A DNA stretch of 64,000 bases from a virus. The notes under the pieces were generated by a model, which saw nothing but the letters and a program-made list of their open reading frames with translations, had not been told where the DNA came from and made no database searches. The position numbers and the translations under genes were made by a program. The first letter of the stretch is position 1. The number at the start of each line of letters is the position of its first letter. This document shows positions 45,622 to 54,967 of this stretch, piece after piece. The stretch spans positions 96,001-160,000 of the IMG/VR virus record IMGVR_UViG_3300045988_129382; one strand, given 5' to 3'.

Positions 45622-46404
45622 ATGTCAGTAAATAGAAATATCTTAGATTCGTTAAGAGATATACATGAGGGAATGTTATCTTCCATTAGTAATAATAAAT
45701 CGCTGAGTGGTAAAGGTGAGACTTGGCTTGATGCTATTATCAAACGTGATATTAGTAAAGTTCCTAAAGATAGTATAGATACATTTAGGATGTTCAATAA
45801 GTCTAAGTTGACTAATGGCAGTGTAGTTCGTAAATCTACAAAAGAGACAGTGATGCAGAAAGTTAGTTCTAGTGTTGTTGATACAGTATATTGTAAGACA
45901 TATGATGTTGGTAATACACATTATATAGCGTACCTATTTTCTTCTAAAGGTGATACAGGGTATTTACGTGCCGTTGTTCATGAGTCTGACGAGGATACAA
46001 TAGCTAAGTTGTTAGGTGAGTTTAAATCAGGTAAGAATATACCGAATAAAGTTATCAATGTTGATAGTATTAGGGGTTGTAATTGTGTAGCTAATACATA
46101 TTATAATTCTATTACATTTGAGTTCTTTGATAATGTAGATACATTTATATCTGAGTTGTTTGATGTGTTTCTTAGTGTTGTTTTTATTGCTTTTGATTCG
46201 TTGGATTTAGAGGTACTTAAAAAGGTAATTACTCTTAGTGAGCCATTTATTTATTTAGATGATATGGACTATGCTATGGAGTTAAATTTTACATCTACAG
46301 ATAAAACAGTATTGCCTAAAGTGTATGATTTATTATCTTCTATTTGTAGTGGGAAGTATTTAGTTAAGAGTTCACATTACATCGGTTTACGTTGGGAGTT
46401 ATAG
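45622..46404 (+). CDS. leader-bearing paralogue family, group B
   Basis: MSVNRNILDSLRDIHEGMLSSIS; IRGCNCVANTYYNS. Confidence 0.75.
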   Translation: MSVNRNILDSLRDIHEGMLSSISNNKSLSGKGETWLDAIIKRDISKVPKDSIDTFRMFNKSKLTNGSVVRKSTKETVMQKVSSSVVDTVYCKTYDVGNTHYIAYLFSSKGDTGYLRAVVHESDEDTIAKLLGEFKSGKNIPNKVINVDSIRGCNCVANTYYNSITFEFFDNVDTFISELFDVFLSVVFIAFDSLDLEVLKKVITLSEPFIYLDDMDYAMELNFTSTDKTVLPKVYDLLSSICSGKYLVKSSHYIGLRWEL

Positions 46405-47190
46405 ATGGGATATTTTAATATTATAGATTCATTGAGTGATAAAAGAGTAGATGAGTGAATGTTACAGTCTATGGGTGGTGGTACTCATAGAATGAGTGAG
46501 TCAGATGTAAATAGCATAATGTATTCTTTGATGAATGGTGATTTCAACTCTTTATCTAGTTATGTTGATTTTAATTCAGTGGTTGATATTTTTAATAATT
46601 CTCCTTTTGATTCTAAAATTTCACCATATAATATGGGTTCTTTATCTATTTCTAATGGCAAAGGCATTTTTGGTGTTAGGGCATTGCTTAGAAGTCAAGA
46701 TTTTTATATGATGGTTACATTTAATAAGAAGGGTAATTCTACACCTATAGTTAGGTGTGGCATTTACGCTTGTTTAGATGATAACTTGTTGCAGGAAATT
46801 TTCAATAAGAGAGTTAATTTAAAGTTAAATAGTGCTACAGATAAGATAGATGGTTTTAAGTTAGTAGCTAATACATATTACAATGTATCTAAGGAATTTG
46901 TATATACTAGGAGTTTACCTTTGTTTGAACTTTTTTCACGTAAAAGTTTCGAGAGTGTTGCTAAGTCTTATAAAGGTGATTTTGATAAAGACTTTAGGTT
47001 AGTTTTGGGTAGTTCTAGTGGTTTACATTTGTCTTTAGACCCTGATAAATATACGTTTACTATCAGTGTTGAGATTGGAGATAAGAAAAGTCTTGATGAT
47101 GCATTTAAGTTGTTAAGTAAGAATGATTCTATTGGTAAGTATTCTGTCAAAGGTTCTGCATTGAACATTAGTTTTAATATTGGGTTCTAG
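46405..47190 (+). pseudogene. group B paralogue with in-frame TGA replacing the conserved leader Gly codon
   Basis: MGYFNIIDSLSDKRVDE-TGA-MLQSMGG...: 17 leader codons, TGA at 46456-58 where paralogues have GGA/GGT (DEGM), then ATG 46459 opens the 243-aa track ORF in the same frame. Confidence 0.7.
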
Positions 47191-47198
47191 GTGTTGAT

Positions 47199-47999
47199 AT
47201 GGGATATTTTAATATTATAGATTCTCTTAATGATAAGAGGGTAGATGAGGGAATGGTATCATCTATTTCAAAGAATACTAAGAAACAGAACAAAGATACT
47301 AAGCGTATGGTTGATGCGGTTCTTAGTGGTCAAATCTCTAAACTATCTAATAAAGATATGGATATCAGTCTTTTGGTGCGGAACGATACAAAATTATCTA
47401 AGAATAATAAAAAGTATGAGAAGTATTGTATTGTAGGTACTAAGGCTAATATCTTGCGTACTGAGGTGCGTGGTTATGAAATTAATGGTGATTACGTTGT
47501 AGCTGTTATTGGATATAATTTACATAAAGGAACGACTGTTGGTAAGGCAATGTTATGGGAGTGTTCTAATGAAGATGTATTCAATAAGTTTAAAGAGAAG
47601 ATGGAACATCAGGGTGGCTTTGATTCTATTTATGATGTAAATACTAGTATGTATCGAAGTGGGACTACGTATTATGATAGCAATAGGGATGTGTATTGTG
47701 AAAATACTAAAGAAGCATTGGATATGATTTTCTCTTATTGTGCAGACTCATTCTGCTCTAGTTTATCTAGGTCTGATATCACAGAGGCTTTTAGTCAATT
47801 TGGAACATGCAGATTGGATATATCATCTAGTCAAGATGCTATGTCTACTAGTGTTTTGATAAATTTGTATGGTGGTGAGCCTGGTATTGTTGATTCAATG
47901 TATGATACTATTGGTACTAAAGTGAATACGTTAAATAGTTTTTACAGGTTTATTACATACGCAGAAGATGGGCAAGCTATTATTATATTTAATTTTTAG
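47199..47999 (+). CDS. leader-bearing paralogue family, group B
   Basis: MGYFNIIDSLNDKRVDEGMVSSISKN. Confidence 0.75.
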   Translation: MGYFNIIDSLNDKRVDEGMVSSISKNTKKQNKDTKRMVDAVLSGQISKLSNKDMDISLLVRNDTKLSKNNKKYEKYCIVGTKANILRTEVRGYEINGDYVVAVIGYNLHKGTTVGKAMLWECSNEDVFNKFKEKMEHQGGFDSIYDVNTSMYRSGTTYYDSNRDVYCENTKEALDMIFSYCADSFCSSLSRSDITEAFSQFGTCRLDISSSQDAMSTSVLINLYGGEPGIVDSMYDTIGTKVNTLNSFYRFITYAEDGQAIIIFNF

Positions 48000-48007
48000 G
48001 TGTTAAT

Positions 48008-48811
48008 ATGGGTTATAGTGATTTAATTGATAAGCTAGTAGATATACGCATACACGAAGGTATGTTATCTACCATGGGTGATAAAGGTGTTAGTTCGTTG
48101 GTAAAGGCACTACAAAGTGGTGATGCTAAACATCTTAAAGGTAGTAATATTAAGATAGATGCAGAGTATTATTTTAATAATTCGCCATTCAGTAAGGATT
48201 TATTATCATATGTTGTTAGGGGTGAAGATTTACCTAGCTACAGGGGTAAGGATTTTAAAATATATCATTTATCTTATTGTGGTGATGATTATATATTGGT
48301 CTGTGAGTATGCTAATATAAAAGAAGAGGATAGTCTTTGTAGGTGTGCAATTCATTCATGTTCTAGTAAAGATGATATTGATTCTATATGGGATGATATT
48401 TCTAAAGGAAAAGTACACATAATTTCTGTCAATGATACTTTTAAGGGTTGTGAGATTATATCTATTGCTTTTATGGTTAGTAAGTCAACAAAGATGTTAC
48501 CTAAATCTTATAAAAGTGGAACTATATTAAATAATGATTCTGAAGTATTTGGTGCTATGTTTAGTAATGCTTCAATGTATATTAAGTCTGAGTTATCGTC
48601 TAGGTATGATAAATTTATTAGTATGTTAAAAGATACGTGTATTGAGTATTCTGTATCTCTTGAACGTACTACATTGGAATTTACATTTAGGTTTAATTCT
48701 AAAGTTGAAAGTTCTACATTAGGTAATTATGTAGTATCTTTTATTCATACAAATGATTTTTGTAAAATTGTACAATTTAATGGTTATGTTTTAATTAAAT
48801 TTTTCTTCTAG
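48008..48811 (+). CDS. leader-bearing paralogue family, group B
   Basis: MGYSDLIDKLVDIRIHEGMLSTMG; LCRCAIHSCSSKDD; FKGCEII. Confidence 0.75.
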   Translation: MGYSDLIDKLVDIRIHEGMLSTMGDKGVSSLVKALQSGDAKHLKGSNIKIDAEYYFNNSPFSKDLLSYVVRGEDLPSYRGKDFKIYHLSYCGDDYILVCEYANIKEEDSLCRCAIHSCSSKDDIDSIWDDISKGKVHIISVNDTFKGCEIISIAFMVSKSTKMLPKSYKSGTILNNDSEVFGAMFSNASMYIKSELSSRYDKFISMLKDTCIEYSVSLERTTLEFTFRFNSKVESSTLGNYVVSFIHTNDFCKIVQFNGYVLIKFFF

Positions 48812-48822
48812 GTAGGGATGTA

Positions 48823-49635
48823 ATGAGTTATTCAGGCATTATAGATTCATTAGATAGTTTACGTATCAATGAGGGTATGATATCTAGTATAAGTAAGAAT
48901 AAAGATAAAAATGAAGATATAGATTCTCTATGTAGTGCTTTACTTAATGGTTCTTTATTCAGAATACCAACTAAGTATATTGATATACGTGATACACATT
49001 ATTATAATAAATCACCTTTTGATAGTGGTTTATTGAGATATACAATTAGTACTGAACCTCTTAATACTCAGAGAGGTAGGGACTATAGGATTTATCGTAT
49101 GATTAAGGGTAATGAGTATTATTTCATGATTACTCTTTCATCTGTGGATAGATTCTATACAAGAATGAAACGATGTGTCATACATAAATGCGATGATGAA
49201 GAGATAGCTGATACAATTTGGGGTTATGTTAATAGAAAGTCATTACAGATGACATCAATTCATGATACTCTTAAAGGTTGTAAGATAGTTGCTGATACAT
49301 ATAGGGCATTTGATGGGAATGCTGTAGCAGGCTCATTTAAAAATAAGAGCATTTTCAGTGATACAAAAAGCGTTATGGAAGCTATGTTTTCTGATGCTGT
49401 TAACTGTATGAAGTCTTTATTTAAAATTGAGTATGAGCCTTTTATTGATAGGTTGTATTTGAATTGTACTGATTATTCTGTGAGATTAAATGGTGATGTT
49501 CTAACTTTGTATATGAAGTTTGATAATGTAGATACGATATATGATGATTTTAAAAGGGGTTTAGATAATATTAGTACTGATTTTTATTCTTTGTATAAGG
49601 ATAGTAATGGTGTTGGTATTCAGTTTTTCTTTTAG
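48823..49635 (+). CDS. leader-bearing paralogue family, group B
   Basis: MSYSGIIDSLDSLRINEGMISSISKN; MKRCVIHKCDDEE; LKGCKIVADTYRAF. Confidence 0.75.
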   Translation: MSYSGIIDSLDSLRINEGMISSISKNKDKNEDIDSLCSALLNGSLFRIPTKYIDIRDTHYYNKSPFDSGLLRYTISTEPLNTQRGRDYRIYRMIKGNEYYFMITLSSVDRFYTRMKRCVIHKCDDEEIADTIWGYVNRKSLQMTSIHDTLKGCKIVADTYRAFDGNAVAGSFKNKSIFSDTKSVMEAMFSDAVNCMKSLFKIEYEPFIDRLYLNCTDYSVRLNGDVLTLYMKFDNVDTIYDDFKRGLDNISTDFYSLYKDSNGVGIQFFF

Positions 49636-49646
49636 AAAGCAGGTAT

Positions 49647-50477
49647 ATGTTGAGTAGACGTAGTATTATTCTAGACTCATTGAGTACTCATAGAGTAGAT
49701 GAGGGAATGCTTGATTCTATATCAAAAAATAGTTCAACTATGACTAGTGATAAATTATTTAAAGCGTTGCTTAGTTGTGATATAAATATTATACCTAGTA
49801 AGAATATAAGGTCTAATATGTCTTTTTATAATAAATTACATTTTGATGATGTTGATTTTATTCTTGACTATAAAAAATTGCCTAATAGTAAAGGTAGGCA
49901 TTATTATATTTATCACTTAGTTAAAAATAAAAAGCATTACATTATGATTAGTGCATCTTCCTATAGTATTACATTAAGTGGCTTGTCTAGGTGTTTTATC
50001 TATGAAGCAAGAGATGAAAGTGTGGTAGATTACATTTGGGATTTAGTAGATAAAAATAAGGTAAATTTTGATATTAATCAACTAGGTTCAGGTTTAAAGG
50101 GTTGTAAGACTGTAGCTGATACATATCGTGTTTTTGGTAGTACATTATTAGCTACTGTGTATGGTACTACAGATGATATGCGTATTTTAGAAGACACAGA
50201 AGACGTCATGGGTGTATTATTTGAGAGTAGCATGAGATTAGTCAAGGATGATTATAAAGGTGATTATAAATCTGATATGAGTGAGTTATCATCTTTATGT
50301 TCTGATTATGTGATTAAGCTCAATGATGATGTACTTTCTGTTGAGTTTTACTTTAAAGATATTGAAAGTACTAATAAAGCATATGCTTTCTTTAATAAAA
50401 ATTTGGGTAGGAAGAGCAATTTATATTCATTCTATTCAGATGGTATTAAGTGTGTTGGGTTAGAGTTTTATATTTAA
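49647..50477 (+). CDS. leader-bearing paralogue family, group B
   Basis: SIILDSLSTHRVDEGMLDSISKN; LSRCFIYEARDES; LKGCKTVADTYRVF. Confidence 0.75.
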   Translation: MLSRRSIILDSLSTHRVDEGMLDSISKNSSTMTSDKLFKALLSCDINIIPSKNIRSNMSFYNKLHFDDVDFILDYKKLPNSKGRHYYIYHLVKNKKHYIMISASSYSITLSGLSRCFIYEARDESVVDYIWDLVDKNKVNFDINQLGSGLKGCKTVADTYRVFGSTLLATVYGTTDDMRILEDTEDVMGVLFESSMRLVKDDYKGDYKSDMSELSSLCSDYVIKLNDDVLSVEFYFKDIESTNKAYAFFNKNLGRKSNLYSFYSDGIKCVGLEFYI

Positions 50478-50490
50478 AAATGGTGGTATA

Positions 50491-51303
50491 ATGGGATATT
50501 TTAATATTATAGATTCATTGAATGATGTTAAAGTTAATGAGGGTATGGTAGATTCTATACCTAAGAATAAAAATAAAGATATTGATAAGTTAGTTGAGGC
50601 TTTGCTACGATGTGACATAGATTTTATTCCTAATAAATATATTAAATCTGAAAAGTCTTTCTACAATAGGTCAAGTTTTAGTAAGGGTTTTGAAGACAAT
50701 GTTATTAAATGGACACGTAATTTAAAGAATAAAAATCCTAATGGTAGAAAATTTTGCATGATTTGTCTTGGTGATGGCAACCGTTTTCTTATGGTTTCTG
50801 AGGTGCGTGATTTCACCGATTTATGTAGGTGTTTTATTTTTAAGGTACCAGATGAGTCTACTGTGGAATCTCTTTTTGAATCTGTACGTGAAGGGAAAAT
50901 AACTTTTGATATAAATAATCCTAAGTTAGATGGTTGTAAGCTGATAACTGATACGTATTGTACTCAAGGTGTAGATTTTGCTGACATTGATACAGGTAGA
51001 GAAGTTATTACACATTATACACGTATATTAAATGATACTGTGCTTGTTATGGAATATATGTTTAATAGACTTATCAAAGCGTTTAAACGTAGTTATGGAG
51101 ATAAGTATGAATACGTTGTTGGGCAGATAGCTGAATTATGTGTTAATTTTGAGGTTTCAATCACAGATGATGGGTTTGCAGTTACATTTGATTTTGGTGG
51201 AGCTAGAAATTGCAATAAAATAGAAAAACTTCTTATAGCTAAAATGAGAAGTGCTTTTTGTTATATTCAGAAAGATGGTAAGAGTAAGATTAAATTAAGT
51301 TAG
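50491..51303 (+). CDS. leader-bearing paralogue family, group B
   Basis: MGYFNIIDSLNDVKVNEGMVDSIPKN; LCRCFIFKVPDES; LDGCKLITDTY. Confidence 0.75.
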   Translation: MGYFNIIDSLNDVKVNEGMVDSIPKNKNKDIDKLVEALLRCDIDFIPNKYIKSEKSFYNRSSFSKGFEDNVIKWTRNLKNKNPNGRKFCMICLGDGNRFLMVSEVRDFTDLCRCFIFKVPDESTVESLFESVREGKITFDINNPKLDGCKLITDTYCTQGVDFADIDTGREVITHYTRILNDTVLVMEYMFNRLIKAFKRSYGDKYEYVVGQIAELCVNFEVSITDDGFAVTFDFGGARNCNKIEKLLIAKMRSAFCYIQKDGKSKIKLS

Positions 51304-51319
51304 TCATGGTGGTTATATT

Positions 51320-52114
51320 ATGTATAGTAAAAGTATTGGTACTATTTTAGAGGGGTTACGTAGTGACTCTAAAACACAAGTTAATGAGTCTGTTTCATTA
51401 ATTAAGAGCATTGTAGATAGAGATATTAAAACTTTGTCTAAGTGTAGTATTAAAGGTGATACTAACTTTGGTAAACATAGTAAGTATTATTTAAATATCA
51501 TTAGGGGAGTTAATAAGGGTGATTTTAGTGAATTACATTTCTCTAATGGGACATATGTAAAAGCGTATGTGAGTGATAAATCTGTTATGTTGTTATTAAG
51601 TCATTTAGTTGATATTTCCCCTAAATCTCATTATATGAGTAATTCATTCATTCGTTATGAGTTTGATAGTAAAGAAACAGCATTGAGTTGTTTTAAAGAA
51701 TTAGAGGGTGGTAAATATTCTTCTACAGAGGATGCACTTAATACTACTTATGATATTATCATGACATATAATGGTAAAGATGTAGAAAGACATGTTGGTA
51801 CTGAGAGTGGTAAAGCAAGTGCTAGTGCTGGTGCTAGGGTAGTATCTGCTTTACAGAGTGTGTTTGATGAGTGGGTTAATACACAATATGGTAAATCTGT
51901 TGATACGTTACCTGTGTTACATGATTGTTATATCAATGGTGATGTAGATTATATCTCTAAACATAAAATTCCTGTATTAGAAGTGTATGTGACCTATTAT
52001 ATGGAAGATAAACAAACAGTAGATGCATTTATACATTTATTTGGTTCTAGATTAAATGGTTATTATAAGGTAGAGAAAGATAGTGTAGTCATTACATTAC
52101 CTAGTGGGTATTAG
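51320..52114 (+). CDS. paralogue family, group B, divergent leader
   Basis: MYSKSIGTILEGLRSDSKTQVNES; the body is divergent. Confidence 0.65.
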   Translation: MYSKSIGTILEGLRSDSKTQVNESVSLIKSIVDRDIKTLSKCSIKGDTNFGKHSKYYLNIIRGVNKGDFSELHFSNGTYVKAYVSDKSVMLLLSHLVDISPKSHYMSNSFIRYEFDSKETALSCFKELEGGKYSSTEDALNTTYDIIMTYNGKDVERHVGTESGKASASAGARVVSALQSVFDEWVNTQYGKSVDTLPVLHDCYINGDVDYISKHKIPVLEVYVTYYMEDKQTVDAFIHLFGSRLNGYYKVEKDSVVITLPSGY

Positions 52115-52118
52115 TTGT

Positions 52119-52966
52119 ATGAATATAAGAAATAATATAATAGAGAGTTTATCTGAGGGTATGTTAAACAATACTAATCAGGTTAATAGTGTGAAACGTA
52201 CTAAAAATGGTGATATGTTTGCTAAATGTCTTTCTAAGACTAGGGGTAGTTTAAGATATGATGACTTTCTTATCTTTTTAAGGTCATGTGCACTAATTCT
52301 GCTAGTAAATATACAAAAGTATTAAGTGGTTATAATAAACTTAGATGTGTTAATAGTTATATGAGCATTGAGTGTGGTGATTGTGAGATACGTATTAAAA
52401 CAAATAAGGAAGATGAGATTTATGTGTTTGTAGATAATCCGTATTCCAATAATAATACAGAAGCACAGATTAGAGATAATAATATTCTAGTGTATAAGGG
52501 TGACTACAGAGTATTTATAGGTGGTATCGTTATTGATATGGTGCATGATATAGATGGTAGATGTAGTACGATTGATGAGTATGTTGATTTAATTACTGAT
52601 TACTTAAAAGAAGAAGGATATACGTATTTCGGAACAACATATGGGGTTGATATGTCTGCTGATAGGAGTACTGAAAGCATTTTAGATGGTCAATACTCTT
52701 TTATGAGTGTTTGCGTTGGGGATGAGTTTTATGAAGCATTTACAGACGATATACTAGGCACAGTGGTAGACGCTAGTGCAGAGGTGTATGTAGCAAAATT
52801 ATACTCTAAGTTAAAGCTACCGACTTTGGGTTGTAGGATGACAATTTCTTTTACATCATCTAAGGAAGCTAAAAATATGTTGAAAGTGCTGGTAGATGTT
52901 GGTGTTGATGTATGGATAAATGATATTAAAGTAGTTGGAACTTCTTTAGTTATTGAGGTATACTAG
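52119..52966 (+). pseudogene. group B paralogue split by a frame change near a T5 run
   Basis: The leader ORF (MNIRNNIIESLSEGMLNN...) runs in one frame to 52325. The body (track ORF 52286..952966 frame, open from 52265) is in the -1 frame. The frames overlap around cttttta (52274-52280). Confidence 0.6.
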
Positions 52967-53712
52967 TGAATAAGATAAATAGTATATTAGAATCCTTATC
53001 AGAGGGTATGCTTGCTAATAGTTTCAAGTCAAATGGTACATCTCTTAAAGCATTTAAAGATTTACTTAATGGTGATATACCTGATAGTATCGCTTTATTT
53101 GTTACTGGTATAGATTTTAATATAAGAGATAACTATAAGTCAGTTTTAAAGTCTAAACGTCAACCTGACATGACTACATTATTGTCAAATGTATATCGTA
53201 TTGGCGATACAGTACTGATGATAGAGTTTAAGTATATGACATTGCCTGTGTGTTTGTTAGTTAGCACTGGGAGTAATTCATTTGACGATGCGTGTATTAA
53301 GTTAGAGAAAGCATTTAAATCTCCTGTAGATAAAGCAATGGATATAATTTCTAACTTAACATTTTATAATGTAGTTGGTACTACGTATAATACGACTAGA
53401 GGTAATGGTACATTCTGTGTTGAGGCATCTGAAGTTATAGAGTCATTCTTGTACTGGTATTATAAAAGTGAATCTAATAAAGGTGTTAAGCGTTGTTGTA
53501 TTGACAGTGAGTTATATAAGTATGTAACTGTTACAGGCATTATATTTAAAAATTTGTGCTTTGGTAATACATCAGATTTACAAATAGATGTAGTGTGTTC
53601 TATTAATAGTGGTGATGATGGTAAGGTACGTGATTTATTAAATACACCTATGAATATGTTCGCACATATTAATAATGATTCGCTTATCATTAGTTTATTG
53701 TTAAAATCATAG
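52966..53712 (+). CDS. leader-bearing paralogue family, group B
   Basis: MNKINSILESLSEGMLANSF. GTG start overlapping the previous stop. Confidence 0.75.
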   Translation: MNKINSILESLSEGMLANSFKSNGTSLKAFKDLLNGDIPDSIALFVTGIDFNIRDNYKSVLKSKRQPDMTTLLSNVYRIGDTVLMIEFKYMTLPVCLLVSTGSNSFDDACIKLEKAFKSPVDKAMDIISNLTFYNVVGTTYNTTRGNGTFCVEASEVIESFLYWYYKSESNKGVKRCCIDSELYKYVTVTGIIFKNLCFGNTSDLQIDVVCSINSGDDGKVRDLLNTPMNMFAHINNDSLIISLLLKS

Positions 53713-53775
53713 ATTTTTATTGGTTTATTTATTATATAATATTGTGTTTACTTTTTTAAAAAAGAGGTATAGTTA

Positions 53776-54543
53776 ATGAGAAAAGTTTTAGAAGCTTTAG
53801 ATAATGAAAGTACAGTAGTACAGTTAAACGAATACATTCATGATACTGTAGAGATTGAAAACATTGTACGTGATACATATGATGGTACAATTAATGCACT
53901 TGATGTAACATTGGTAGATAATGCTTTGACAGTAAAAGTGTTGTCTGATACAGAGATGGGTGAAGAAGTGTCTGATGCTGTATTATCTTATCTAGAGGAC
54001 AAAGCTAGTTTTGATTATGAATGTGAATTTAACACAAGTAGTGTACGTGTAGGTGGTGAGCAATTCATTCAATCTACAATTAATATTACTGCTACAGATA
54101 GTACAGTTGAGAAACGTAAAGTAGTAGAGTCTTTTGACGTAAACGAGGGTTCTGAAGATATAAAAAAGCTTTTTAGTGGAATTGCAAAACAGTTAGATTT
54201 TAAGATGGGACAAAAACTAACTAATAACAGTTCTTTTAAAAAGAAAACAGATATCAAAAAACCTAGATTGAGTAAAGAAGTAGATGGTTTTGTTGTTAAC
54301 TTCTTTGAAACAGAGGAAGAGCAATGCTTTACTATTATGAGTGGTAATGTTGGTGTATTACTTGCATATAAGATTGATGGTACATCTGATAAAGCGTATG
54401 ATATGCTTAAAAAGTGTAATACTATTGATAAAGTAGAGCTATTAATTCGTTACCTTGTAGGTGTAGAGGAATTTGAAGTAGTTGGACGTGCCTATATCAA
54501 TGATAAAGGTGATGTCGTTAAAGAGATTCCTGGTGTAATGTAA
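53776..54543 (+). CDS. hypothetical protein (possibly a degenerate leader, VLEALDNES)
   Basis: 255-aa ORF; RBS aaagaggt. Confidence 0.65.
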   Translation: MRKVLEALDNESTVVQLNEYIHDTVEIENIVRDTYDGTINALDVTLVDNALTVKVLSDTEMGEEVSDAVLSYLEDKASFDYECEFNTSSVRVGGEQFIQSTINITATDSTVEKRKVVESFDVNEGSEDIKKLFSGIAKQLDFKMGQKLTNNSSFKKKTDIKKPRLSKEVDGFVVNFFETEEEQCFTIMSGNVGVLLAYKIDGTSDKAYDMLKKCNTIDKVELLIRYLVGVEEFEVVGRAYINDKGDVVKEIPGVM

Positions 54544-54551
54544 TAATATTA

Positions 54552-54580
54552 TTGATTTTTATACTATTATTAAGTATAAT
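54552..54580 (+). promoter_or_regulatory. sigma70-like promoter upstream of the HU gene
   Basis: TTGATT (54552-57), 17-nt spacer, TATAAT (54575-80). Confidence 0.5.
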
Positions 54581-54673
54581 GATTTTAGATTATATAGTGA
54601 TATGTTAGTCCACGTAAGATATTTTAAAACATACACTAGATATTTTAATTTACGTAAGAAAGAGGTTCATAAC

Positions 54674-54952
54674 ATGAATAAAGTAGAATTAGCAGAAGTG
54701 TTGGTTAATAAAGAGTTAGTAGGTACTAAAAAAGTAGCTGTAGAAGTTGTAGAGACTTTGTTTGATACAATCACAGAAGAAGTTAAAAAGGGTGAAAAAG
54801 TGTCTATTCATGGTTTTGGTAGTTTTGAGCAAGTAGTACGTTCTGCACGTAAAGGTCATAACCCTAAAACTGGTGAAGAGATTACAATTCCTGAGAAAAA
54901 AGCACCAAAATTCACAGCATCTAAAGTATTGAAAGAGTCTGTTAACCAATAA
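54674..54952 (+). CDS. hup: HU/IHF-family DNA-binding protein
   Basis: MNKVELAEVL...VETLFDTITEEVKKGEKVSIHGFGSFEQVVRSARKGHNPKTGEEITIPEKKAPKFTASKVLKESV is a full-length HU signature. ATG 54674 follows aagaaagagg; the track start at 54602 is spurious. Confidence 0.9.
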   Translation: MNKVELAEVLVNKELVGTKKVAVEVVETLFDTITEEVKKGEKVSIHGFGSFEQVVRSARKGHNPKTGEEITIPEKKAPKFTASKVLKESVNQ

Positions 54953-54967
54953 TAAATAGGTGGTTTA

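Noticed and set aside
46456-46458. TGA at a conserved Gly position as evidence for a UGA=Gly genetic code (code 25).
   Set aside because: TGA clearly functions as a stop elsewhere in the window, for example at the ends of 1806..2465, 9222..10391 and 23695..24060, each followed or overlapped by the next gene's start. A single GGA-to-TGA point mutation is the simpler explanation.
54602-54673. N-terminal extension of the HU gene given by the track (MLVHVRYFKTYTRYFNLRKKEVHN).
   Set aside because: The extension overlaps the promoter and leader region. A canonical HU N-terminus (MNKVELAEVL) begins at ATG 54674 with a good RBS.
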